From: Eledone cirrhosa
Taxonomy: Eukaryota
Reading direction: 5' to 3'
Length of the DNA stretch: 64,000 bases
NCBI GenBank assembly: GCA_964016885.1
Contig: OZ024751.1
Location: 7,688,001-7,752,000, forward strand
The position numbers and the translations under genes were made by a program. The notes beneath the pieces were generated by a model, which saw nothing but the letters and a program-made list of their open reading frames with translations, ran no database searches and was not told where the DNA came from. Below are positions 27,416 to 39,395 of this stretch, in pieces; within the stretch, counting starts at the first letter, position 1, and each line of letters opens with the position of its first letter.

Positions 27416-28221
27416 TGAATGCATATCGGTATGCATGTATGTGGATGGTACAGTTTGGAGGGCATAATCACGTCGATATCCAATTGGTAGAGTCGTTATG
27501 GTAGGGTCGGTATAAAAGGGCGAGGGCGAAATGGAATGATATGGGGCGAATAGGGAAAATGTGACCCTGGCAGAACAGGCTAGTGAGTAAGAGGCAGTAG
27601 TATTGATGTCTCTGTGGGATGGTAGAAGCTCTGTAGACAGGGAGGTGTGTGTGGGTGAGAGTTACATGTGTGTACTGATGGTGTGGTGGATATGTGAAGA
27701 GGTGAGGTCGCTGTGAGTGGGGCATACCTTGATGTTTGGTGTGTTAGTGTGAAGATAGTTAAAGGTGGAGGAGAGGATGGTGGTTGTGTGGGGGTGTTTA
27801 TTAGGGGAAGTCATAGTAGGATGTGTATGTGTGGGTTGAGGTTAGTTTTGGTAGTATGGGGAGAGAGAAAAAGGTGCTGTGAAACATATGTATGAGTGAT
27901 GTATATATACTGGTGCGTGCGTGCGTGTTTGTGATGCGAGTGCGTGTGTGTTTGTAGGGAGGAGTATTAGTGGGGGGCTTAGTGTAGCTAGAAGGTGAGG
28001 ACGCTTTTAGTGTTGGGATAGTTTTTAGTCGTGTTAGTATGGAAGGGAGAGACCAGTAGGGGAGAGTCAGTCGAATGTTAAAGGAAGAGGGGTGGGGAGT
28101 TCAAACCGGGAGCTGGGATACAAGTCTGTAATAGCAACATGGTGTGTTGTTCAGCCCTAAGTCATATATATATATATACATATATACATATATATATATA
28201 ATGTATATATATGCATATTTA

Positions 28222-28267
<46 letters not shown>

Positions 28268-28299
28268 GTATATATATGCATAAATATGCATAATATATT

Positions 28300-28371
28300 A
28301 AATACATAAATTGATGTATGACATACCTCAACTGTGCTGTCCATTCAATTCCAGTCTTGGAAGACTATATA

Positions 28372-28445
<74 letters not shown>

Positions 28446-28507
28446 TGCAAGACTGGAATTGAACGATCAGCACAGTTGAGGTATGTCATACATCAATTTA
28501 TGTATTT
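28300..28507. repeat. Inverted repeat (67-bp arms) flanking an (AT)n tract
   Basis: 28300-28366 is the reverse complement of 28441-28507 with few mismatches; the spacer is (AT)n. Confidence 0.9.
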
Positions 28508-28570
28508 TATCTGATGAGGACGTACTGAAAAAACAGCACAGCACCTCCGAAATATATATAATAAAACATA
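28501..28570 (+). ncRNA. Type I hammerhead ribozyme with intact core and long loop 2
   Basis: TTTTAT CTGATGA GGA-(25 nt)-TCC GAAA T-ATAT-A TA ATAAAA; predicted cleavage after AUA at 28560. Confidence 0.75.
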
Positions 28571-28607
28571 TTTACATTACGTGAATGTCTCCATTTATTA
28601 ATATTTT

Positions 28608-28653
<46 letters not shown>

Positions 28654-28655
<2 letters not shown>

Positions 28656-28838
28656 GGTTGGGCCAGAATTCATGACTCCCTTGATAATTTAGGAAATCAA
28701 ATTTAGAAAATATAAATAAAAGAAACTTGTAAGGCATATTAAGAAATAAAATAATAAATTGAAACAAGACAGTAACAATAAAATAAGCAAGTTAAGAAAT
28801 ATAGCTCACAAGCGAGGTATGAATTCTGGTTCACCCTG
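28654..28838. mobile_element. Tc1/mariner-type MITE
   Basis: TIRs CAGGTTGGGCCAGAATTCAT / ATGAATTCTGGTTCACCCTG, followed by TA; sits in TA-rich sequence. Confidence 0.75.
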
Positions 28839-28874
28839 TATATATGTATTATTTTTCTACCTACACACTTGCTT

Positions 28875-28963
<89 letters not shown>

Positions 28964-28970
28964 CATATAA

Positions 28971-29109
28971 AAAAAATAATGAATAAACAAAGAAACAGTT
29001 CCTTATATTAAACAAATTCATTATTCATTATTTTACGATCGTAACGATCGTAAAATAATGAATTTTTTTAATATAAGGAACTGTTTCTTTGTTTATTCAT
29101 TATTTTTTT
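28971..29109. repeat. Fold-back palindrome centred at 29043 (PLE pLTR-like)
   Basis: AAAAAATAATGAATAAACAAAGAAACAGTTCCTTATATTAAA...TTTTACGATCGT-A-ACGATCGTAAAA...reverse complement. Confidence 0.88.
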
Positions 29110-29251
29110 AATATTTTATCTTGACTCAGTTTTCCGTTTATTTTTCACCGAAAGTAGTCTTTGAATGCATCTTCTCTTTTCATGATATCCGGATTACATT
29201 GAGTTCTTCATACGGATTGGACACAACCGTAAACTTTTGGTAGATTTATCT

Positions 29252-29352
<101 letters not shown>

Positions 29353-29809
29353 AATTATAAATATATGTAATTTTGTGTGTATATTTGTATGTTCATGTGT
29401 ATGTATATGGATACATATGCACACATGCATTTGGATCTGTTGCGTGCTGTATGAAACATTTGTATAGACAGTTATATCTCGCTACAGACTTATATTCTGA
29501 TTGACGTCACTTGTCTTAATTACGTGCACATCATATTCAACCAAAGTATTGTTATAGTTATTGCGATTAAGAAATATAAAAATACTATTGATTTATTGCT
29601 AAAGCTTCAGGATGGTGGGAATCAATTTTATCGATTATAGACTATAGTCAAATGTAATCAAGTCCAGTGGGATTTTTAATGCCAACCACAATGGGAATTG
29701 AACGACTACGAAGCAAATGAAAACCCTGCCTTTATTATGTAGTTTCGGTGTTTAATTATACTTAGCGTACCGCCAAGTTTATACAACTCTTCTTTTTCTT
29801 CGCCCACTT

Positions 29810-30230
29810 ATTCCTGAGAGAGTTGTGGGAGCAGAGTCCTCAAACACTTCTTTCAGAGAGTCCTGTCGGAAGCAACCGTCTCCAGCTGATCCGGCTGGAT
29901 CCCCAAGTGTTACCAGCCAAGCTCATTGATATTATACAACCATCTTGCTCGGAGTCTTCTTTTGCTTCTCTCACCTGTTATTATTGCCTGTAAAATCTAT
30001 CCATCGATTCTTTCCTAAGCTAACCACATGCCTATAATATCGGAACAGTGATCTCACAATTCAGGGAAGTACCGGCTCTACCTGGAATGACTTTCTCATC
30101 ATCGGATTACGCAGTTTATCGTGTAACGTTACTCCAAAGACCCTAAGTTGGAATCCCATTTCGGTCGCTAGTAATCCTTTCGGTCATTACACCAAATTCA
30201 TGCCCATAGATAAGGGTTGGCAAGTTTAAA
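29810..30230 (-). pseudogene. Old RTE-like LINE 3' remnant
   Basis: Minus-strand translation GERSKRRLRARWLYNINELGW and downstream DRTL; many disruptions. Confidence 0.55.
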
Positions 30231-31218
30231 ACAGACATATATAATTCATATATTACTCTTTTACCTGTTCCAGCCATCCGGCTGAGGCCATGATGGGGCA
30301 CCGCCCTTGATATGTAAATCTTATTTTTTTTTATTGCTATGCAGATTATTTAGTAACAGTTTATAAAAGGTAAAACATGAAAAGAAAATATATTATGTGT
30401 AAAATAGCATTAAACCATAACGTTTACACGTCAGTTGAGATATTAAATAGGAATAAATTTAATGAGTATACGATGAACTCGGGAAGCGAAGGAGCAGACA
30501 AATGAACTAAGCAAGTGCCATAATTAAACTATTAAGGGTGTGGTTTTACTTGATCAGATCACATCATTTCTACCTAGTTTGCATTATTTACTAACATATG
30601 GAGATGCAATAGCAAAATTTGAATTTCAAAATTTACACTCTGCCATTATATGTAAATTTTTTCTTTGAATTCTGAAATAAAACAGATTTGCAGGTCATAC
30701 AATTCTCGGATGATGTGATCTCTGACATAAATGAAATATCTTGAGAAGATAATTAGCTGAAATCAGCTTCGAATATTTAAATCATAATTAGAATAATGTC
30801 GTAAAGGAACAATCTTAGAACGTTAAGAATACAGAGATGTGTATGTAGATTGTGGAATTGTTATCTTTAAATTTAATATTCTCTCTGCCCATCTTACTAA
30901 ATAGGGGTACACCAGAAAGGTAATGCCTGAATCATCTTAATGGTCGGCATACAAATTGGCAAATACTTCTATGGTGGAAACCGGTTTAGACGGTGTGATT
31001 ATAAAGACGGGTGAAGATACGAATTTGTCTTGTAGTATATAGAGACCCGCAATGATATGCATTGACAATCATTCAAACGCACTTACACCCACATAAGTAT
31101 TGTGTTATTTATATTAATCGATTATTATTATGCCCGTTTGCACTCGAATTACCCTTTAATGTTATCTCTTTTATTTACGTATACATACATACAAACATGC
31201 ATACATACATACAGAGTT

Positions 31219-31255
<37 letters not shown>

Positions 31256-32175
31256 CAAACACACTGAGAAAAAGAGGGAGGTTGAGAGAGTGAATCTGAG
31301 GTGCTCAAACCGTGGGGAACACTACTCATGCGTGTACTCAAAGCCTTGAGAGATGCAGAAATAGGTAAATCCACAAAACCGCTTGGTGTGGAGATCGTGA
31401 TTTTACTCTCCCTCTCTGTCCCCTTCTGTAATGTATACATCCGTGTGTGGGAAGGGTTGAATATTTTGTGTGCATATGTATACAATAATGATTTACGACT
31501 TATTTTCGTAGATATTACTTTCATTCTCCTCTCAACTAAACGTGGGACATTAATCAGTAATTCAGTTGTTCAGAGATATGTTACTCCTTTTCAGATTTCG
31601 CAAATTCAGTGTTTTCAGTTTAATTGTCATTTTTATCTAACTTCTAATAATCTTTTACTCTAATGTTCATTCTTTTTCATTGTATACAATTGTAGTGATT
31701 GCCTTATGGCAGGAAGCAATCTCCCAAATAACAGATATAATAATCGTATCTAATTAAATGTTTGAAACTATTTCACTTGAAATACATCACAAATGTCCAC
31801 AGGCATCTAACATCATACATTTTTCACTCGTATAATTTTCGCACATTTAAAACAAATGAAATATCATACAGCACAAAGATGGGATCAACATGCCAGGATT
31901 GCGTCTGATGTTTTGATGAAAGTACTACTCCAGATGGAACGAATTGTTTGTAAATTGCATAGAATAACAACAATAACATTCATTATACCTATTTTGTGTC
32001 CAGGCGTCACTGAATCATTTCAAAATCTACTGCATAGCATCAACTAAATTAAATAGAATCTCTTCCTCCAAAAATTAATGATATATTCGTTGTTGTTTAT
32101 ATTTTAAGTTGCGAGTAGATTTATATTTATATACATATTGTGGTTGTGTGAAATAAAGAGAGGGGGAGAGAGAGA

Positions 32176-32228
<53 letters not shown>

Positions 32229-33448
32229 AGAGAGAGAGTATTGTGTGCGTGTTTATTTCTTCAGACTTTGCCAAAGGCAAACTTTTACACGAGAATATGT
32301 ATCTGAAAGCAACGCTACACTATACATTATTTAACGCAAAGCGAAACTATTAGGGAATAATTATAGCTAAATATCTTGTAAACTTGAATTTCATATTTTC
32401 GCAGCTAATGTTTACGTTTAATATGACAATTGCCTTAGGAAATCTATAAGATATACTAAGTCTTGTTCATTTTGCTTGTCTTATGCAACACATATCATTT
32501 GGAATTGTAGATAGTGAAAGCCTTAGGTGTGCTGAGATAAGAACCTTGTTTACTTTCCCTTGTAAAGTCGTTTTCTTAAACTTACGCCACCATGTAACAT
32601 AGAAGTACATGCGCCTCCAAACACTTTGTTTAACTACGCGCATGCGTACTTTTCCCAAACAATAAACTATTAAATTTGAGTGACAGATTAGTAATTGTAA
32701 TATATAGAATAAATAATCATAAAAAAAGGAAAATAAACTGTCTTTCATTTCCGTTCAACTACAACCGAAACCATGGTGAAAGGTCGTAAGAGAGATAAGA
32801 GGAGAAAACGTTTAAATAAGTATGGTGAAACAGTATTAGTGAACACAAAAAATGAAAATAAAAACAATAATAACAGAGGCAACGCTATATCAATTTTTTT
32901 ATAGAAGTCTGAAACTAAAATGATTACTATTAACAATCTTGGCTTCGTGTCATGTATATTTCTACCTCTGTGAAATATATTTAATTCAATTGAGAGACAT
33001 CAGGTTGCAGCTTACTATTACTGACCAAGACAGATTATTTGGCAGAATATAATTTCATATTTTAAGTGCTACGCGACCAGTAGTGCAATCAAGTTTCTTT
33101 TTTATCACTTTATTGACTTTTTTTCTAAGAATCATTAAACATTACTCGATGTTAACGTCTATAGTGCAACACAAAACAAAAAAGAATGTAATGGTTTCGA
33201 GAATGTGGGCTGTATGTCTATATACTAAGAATTTTCGGTTACAGACAAGCTCCGCAGTTTGCGGTCTCAGCTTTGAATCCACAATCTACAACATATATCA
33301 ATTACATTTTAGTATATCTTATGTGTCAATGCAAGCCTTTTAAGTGGAATACTTTTGATGAAATCTGTATGGAAGACTCATAACATCGACGGTATATGTG
33401 AATATTGTATAACACATGCAACATCACGCTGATAGATTGGCTTTGAAT

Positions 33449-33500
33449 CAGAGGTTCTCAAAGTGGGCGCTACCGCCCACCCTGGGGGCGTCAAGAAGAT
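33449..33500 (+). mobile_element. hAT/Charlie-like terminal fragment
   Basis: CAGAGGTTCTCAAAGTGGGCGCTACCGCCC resembles CAGtGGTTCTCAA termini; no partner TIR seen. Confidence 0.4.
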
Positions 33501-33655
33501 CCAAGCTGGTGCTGGGGCCCTAGGAGGGCACTGGGATAGAGAAATGATATAATACTATATTAAATATCAAAGATAAAGATTATATATAAATATAGTAAAA
33601 TAAAAAAATATATAATATTTATTTATACATAGTATATATTTATTATTTATCATTA

Positions 33656-34740
33656 TCTATAAAAGGCAGATTGTTGGTGTGTGTGTGCGTGCATGTTCCA
33701 TGTTTATACATTTGCACAATTTCCAACCGATTCGACTCAAAGTCTGTAAGAATGTTGTAAATGGTGTCTATTAACTCAATGACTATTTATTTCATGCAAA
33801 CTCACCCAAAATTACGGAAATAATCGATAAAACTAAATACATGACGCTTTAATACTATCTGATTTACTCTCTCTACTCCCCTTAAAATTCGATAAAACTA
33901 CATACATGCTTACAAACTTCCTTTAGGAACGCCGAAGAGAGAGAGAGAAGAGAGTGAGAGGGGGAGAGAGAACGTTTGTTTTTGAGTGTGGAACGGTCAA
34001 ACATTTATTTACTTCAATGACAAAGAGAACTTATTACATTTCATACGAAACAACAATTATTCAAAAGCACATATATATTTATTCAACAACAAAAATAGTG
34101 ATACATCATTTTAAAACCTCTCAACGAACGTGGAAGAAAGACATATCAATTTATTTACTATACACAATAATATCCTCTATGAGGTCACTAAACCTGCTAG
34201 AAACATCAGCTAACTCTCCCCCATTTCACACCCCTCCCTACTGTCTTAAATTTAGAAAACATATCCTCTATGAGGTCAGTAAACCTGCTAGAAACAACAG
34301 CTAACTCTCCCCCATATCACACCACTCCCTACTGTCTTAAATTTAGAAAGTATATCCTCTATGAGGTCACTATACCTGCTAGAAACATCAGCTAACTATC
34401 CCCCATATCACACCACTCCCTACTGTCTTAAATTTAGAAAACACACATTAGACAGCCATGCAGAACAACTCCATCGCAGCTCTGTTGTTCGGCTGGCATC
34501 GTCTACGCGCGTGTTTCGTAAGTACTGTGAAACAATAAATTTCAACACTTTTTTGCACAGGGATAATATCCATAGGCGAAACTACAATTGTCACTGCTGG
34601 CGCAGCTCCTGCTTCGGCATTCCAGGTCTGCAATTCATTCACCCAGTGCCTGGCAGACAAAAAATGCTGCCATAAAATGGGTGGTGCAACCTAAATTTGG
34701 TAACTTACTGACCCCGAGCAACGCCGGGCTTTAATGCTAG
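33656..34740 (+). mobile_element. Non-autonomous Helitron
   Basis: A|TC 5' end (TCTATAAAAGGCAG followed by a GT-microsatellite), 3' hairpin CCCGAGCAACGCCGGG 8 nt before CTAG|T, no TSD. Confidence 0.8.
34170..34441. repeat. Three 91-bp tandem repeats inside the Helitron
   Basis: ATATCCTCTATGAGGTCA... starts at 34170, 34261 and 34352. Confidence 0.92.
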
Positions 34741-35132
34741 TTATATATAAATTAACGATATTCAGTAATGCACTGGGATAATTGCTGGCCTCGTGCTAAA
34801 AGTAGAAACAATTATTTATTATATATTATTTACAATTTGCGTGTAGGTAGATCTTGCTGCAAATATGATTGGGGACGCTGAGAGTTTTAGGTGGCTGTGT
34901 TCAGGTGATGGCCCAAACATTTTCACAACCTCTGCTTTAAATGATATCAGGTATTTGAATACACATCTAATTATAAATGCATTGAACCGATAAGTGAATT
35001 TAGTTGATTGAAGACAATTAAACATTCATGTTTATGTTAGCTGTTGATTTTTTTTTATCCAATATTCAATGTCTTGTATATTTTTCTAGTTTACTTCTTT
35101 TTATTACTGTTTTAATATGATACTCAACATTG

Positions 35133-35254
<122 letters not shown>

Positions 35255-35291
35255 GGGGTATGTATCTCTCTATTTATATGTATATGTATAC

Positions 35292-35322
<31 letters not shown>

Positions 35323-35530
35323 CATAGTATTTACGTATCGAGAAAGAGAGAAAAAGGAGGGATAGGTGATACATATAGTTATTTGCCAAGTAGCGTATGC
35401 CAAATGTGCTCGATACTAGTGCCGGCAGTATTAAATATTCGAAGTGTTAATATTTAGTGGGCTAGAGAGTTAGCACTAGCGTAAGCACGTGGGAAAGTGA
35501 AAAGTCGGAGAATAGACCGTTAAAACATGT

Positions 35531-35590
35531 TTATTTAAATTATCACCTACGTACGTTTCGCCCAGTTGGGCTTCTCAAGGGCATAAATAA
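35531..35590 (-). ncRNA. Minimal type I hammerhead ribozyme, U3-A8 core variant (downstream pLTR)
   Basis: Minus: CC TTGAGAA GCCC-AACT-GGGC GAAA C-GTAC-G TA GG, with outer TTATTTA/TAAATAA pairing. Confidence 0.8.
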
Positions 35591-35866
35591 TCACAAGTGT
35601 TCCTTATATAGTTCGGAAAGAGATTTGGGGGTTAAATCCACATCAAGATTCATTGCTCGCAAAAATATCTTGTTTTGATTTTGCAGCAGGTCAAGGGAGG
35701 TAACTCTGGCCGGTGTTAGGGCAGTCTTTCCCGGATAATTTTTTTTTTTTTTTCCCGTTTGTCTGAGGCTGGGTCTGGTATGCAAGGATTGTTTTCTGGG
35801 TGTTATTTTGCTGCGCCGGCCCGCCGGGGTGTTAAGACTTGTTGCAGGGAGATCCAGCGTACTATT

Positions 35867-38606
35867 TCACTCTTCATTCTTAACCCATCTAAAGAAGGAT
35901 ATTTTTAAGCGATGTGCACAACTTATCGCTGTTTCAGCTCTGCTGTTGATGAGCTCGTGGGGTGCAGTTATGATGTGGTAGAGCTCCATGAGGCAAATAT
36001 CGCATTTCCTCTTGAAGTTGTACGGTGCAGCCCTGCCGACAATCTCCCAGTGCGTGGAGAAGCTAATGTTTAAGTCCTTTAGTGATGTGATGTAGTCCGC
36101 GAGCGAGGTGGAGTGCCCTAGTTTTCTATTTGTGAAAGAGTGGAGATGTGTTCGAAACCTAATTTTGAACGGGCCGGAGGTGGCCCCTATATAATGTTTA
36201 ACGCTATTGCGGCTAGTAATAGTGCATCTATATATAACCCTATCGGTCAAGCAGTATCCTCTAAGGGGGCATCGTCCTCTGTCGCGGCAGTTGCAATTTC
36301 TGTCGCGGTTCCGTCTATTTCTCACGATAAGGCTATCATTGTTGCTGCCTACGTTGCTAGCTGCGCTACCGCAGCTGTCGTTAGCACAATTACAACCCAC
36401 AGCACGCGGGATGGTGCGATTGTTATTCCGCACGCCATGTTCTGCATCTTCCCCAGTCACTTCGCGGTCATTCTTGTTGCGTCTGCGGATGCCGTTGCCA
36501 ACACGATTGGATGCTGTCAGGGAGTTGTTAAGGCCGATACAGTTATTGTCAGGTGTAGGTGCGTCTGCGTCGAGGTGCTGTGTCTTGGTGATCTTACTGT
36601 GGTTCGTTGTTCCTATGATGTCTGCTAGGTTAGGAGTAGTAGAGAAGGATATTTTTATATTGTTCCTATTAAGAATCTTTCTATACCTATGGTTGGGTGG
36701 GAAGTTCTTCTCTAAGGCTTCGAAGAATATCCGGGGTATGTTGGAGGCCACACTTCGAGAGTAGGGGGGGGGGGGGTGGAACCATAGGACGTTACGGTGG
36801 CGATTACGTGTCCTTGTACTTTTGCTACGGGTGGTTCCATCTAAGTGATCGCTCTTATGTGTGTTAATGCGCTGTCGCCCGTTCGGTGCCCCTTTCACTT
36901 TATGCTTGGGTGCACTCTTTCTACCACTTCCATGTTTATGTACACGAAGATGTTGGTTGGAAGGCGTTGGTAGTAGGCCGTCGCCTTTGTTGGTTTTGTA
37001 ATAGGGGAATAGTTTGAGTAATCTACAGTATTCACCGTCGCCGGGGACGTGGTCTTTGGTGCGGTTATCTATTCTATTATACCCGACTTTAACGAGGTCA
37101 CCGCGTGATCGGTTATAGGTATGGCTTACTATAACGTTAGTTTTATGGGGGGGGGGGGGGTTCTAGAGCTAGCGTTAGGGATGTAGGAAATTGCTCGGTT
37201 AAAGCCGGCGCTTATCAGGGCCCTATTGTAGTAATCAGCCGCTTGGTTGAAGATATCCTCATTGGCGGATAGCCTCGAGATTCTATGTGAGATACTATAG
37301 ACTATGGAGTTGAGAGTCTGCTTAGGGTGGTTGGAGGCATAATTAATATAAGAGAGGCACTCTCCAGGCTTATGGTATGGCTTGTATAAGCCCGTACTCA
37401 ACTCCAGGGTCACGTCCAGGAAGTTGACAACCCTGTGGTTGAGGTCCATATTTACGGATATGCCGTATGACTTAAAGAACCTGTGTATATGTTTGTTAAG
37501 GTTCTCTATCCTACGGGGGCTATGGTTCCTAACGGTAAACCGGGCGTGGTCCCTATATACACCTCCTTGTAGGGCCGGTATTTCTTCCCTAAGCTTATGT
37601 AGGAGGTATATCCCAACCAGGTCAGTTGCTTGCGCTGAGTCGCTGGACCCCATCGTGACATCGAAGTTATCAGGACGGTTGGTTCTGGTCCAGTGGGAGC
37701 CTTCGAACTGGATAATGGTTCTACGTGCCGCTAGAATTATGTCTATTTCTTTTTTGGTGAGGCTAGTGTTAGATCTAGCTAAGATAAGTGCCTTATTTAA
37801 GAGTATGGGGGAGATAGAGGCGTAGTAGCTATCTATATCAAACTGGATGAATTTCAGGGTGGCTTTATCCGGCAACTCGGTGAACCAATTTATGACCTGG
37901 TCGGTGTTGCCCCAGAGGCAGACCTTAGCCTTTCTATTAAGCTCGAGTAGTACTCTGTCAAGGATCACTTTACTAATCTTACCTATATCTGATGTAGAGG
38001 GGCATATAAGTCTAATAGAGGGGCTTTCATTAAAGTCATATTTGTGATCCTTAAGAGAGAATTTAGGTGTCAGAGGGACGTACGGGTTAGTGTACTTTTC
38101 TATTTCTAAGCTGGTGACTATATCCTTCCCTACTCTATTTATGTCATTTAGGGTACTAGAGGGTGTCTTTTTGTAGTCTTTGTGTAGTTCCTTATAGATG
38201 AATTTTTTATACTCACTCGCGTCCATCTTGTACAACTTTTTGGTTTTGTCGGAGGTGACGAAGGGGTGCGGGTCATTCTTGATCTTAGTTATTAGTGTAT
38301 CAAGGGACGTTAAGAATGGATTGCTGCATTGTTGTTTCTTTCTGAGCTTAACGTTTTTGATCATTTTCAGCAGGTCCTCTTCAAAGGAGTCTAGTAAGGT
38401 GTTGTGTGGTGGGTTTCGGTATGTTTTGAAACCATACTTCTCTTTGGGTTCAGGAAGGTTACGGGTGTTCTTATCCAGGTGGTAGGCCTTCCATCTGACT
38501 CTCCGTATAAACGAATAGTAGCGTCTATAAGCAGTTTAAGGTAGGTTTTTCTGCTGGGTAAGCGGATACACTTGAGAGACATGGGTAACGGTTGGTTCTC
38601 CAACAT
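35867..38606 (-). pseudogene. PLE polyprotein (~910 aa): RT + Cys-rich linker + C-terminal GIY-YIG endonuclease; two frameshifts and YRDD changed to YRDH
   Basis: SLKCIRLPS...FIRRVRWKA, SDKT, SLKDHK, QFDIDSYYASIS, FDVTMGS, YRDH, NFLDVTL, WFHPP, CNCR..CPL.G.C, VIY...YIG, CDIC...CAH; frameshifts near 38512 and at the G-run 37147-37160. Confidence 0.92.
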
Positions 38607-38855
38607 ATTGGCAAATAAGGTGAGACGCTCTACAAAAGGAGCACGGTAATATAGTATTTACGTATCGAGAAAGAGAGAAAAAGGAGGGATAGGTGATACA
38701 TATAGTTATTTGCCAAGTAGCCTATGCCAAAGGTGCTCGATACTAGTGCCGGCAGTATTAAATATTCGAAGTGTTAATATTTAGTGGGCTAGAGAGTTAG
38801 CAGAGCGTAAGTACGTGGGAAAGTGAAAAATCGGAGAATAGACCGTTAAAACATG

Positions 38856-38916
38856 TTTATTTAAAATATCACCTACGTACGTTTCGCCCAGTTGGGCTTC
38901 TCAAGGGCATAAATAA
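38856..38916 (-). ncRNA. Minimal type I hammerhead ribozyme, U3-A8 variant (upstream pLTR)
   Basis: Core identical to 35531-35590. Confidence 0.8.
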
Positions 38917-39124
38917 TCACAAGTGTTCCTTATATAGTTCGGAAAGAGTTTTGGGGGTTAAATCCACATCAAGATTCATTGCTCGCAAAAATATCTTGTT
39001 TTGATTTTGCAGCACGTCAAGGGAGGTAACTCTGGCCGGTGTTAGGGCAGTCTTTCCCGGATAATTTTTTTTTTATATATATGTATTTATTTTATATATA
39101 TATATATACGTATATATATGTATT

Positions 39125-39163
<39 letters not shown>

Positions 39164-39292
39164 TTCTATATATATGTGTGTGCGTGTATCTATATATATG
39201 TGTGTGTATATATATATATGTATAAATAAATATATATATATATGTATATATATATATATGTATAAAAATATATATATATATAAATATATATG

Positions 39293-39357
<65 letters not shown>

Positions 39358-39395
39358 ATATGTATATGTATATATATATATATTTATATGTATAT

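Larger units (their letters stand above)
35326..39074 (-). mobile_element. Near-complete Penelope-like retroelement with two direct pseudo-LTRs (35326-35753, 38653-39074), inserted in (TA)n
   Basis: ~425-bp near-identical direct repeats bracket an RT + GIY-YIG ORF; (TA)n on both flanks. Confidence 0.95.

Noticed and set aside
36140-37825. Antisense ORFs over the PLE (and similar ones over Dong, CRE and Tx1)
   Set aside because: Shadow frames of the TE coding strand with no recognisable motifs.
35867-38606. Naiad-type or selenoprotein-encoding PLE
   Set aside because: The endonuclease is C-terminal and no in-frame TGA at Cys positions was seen.
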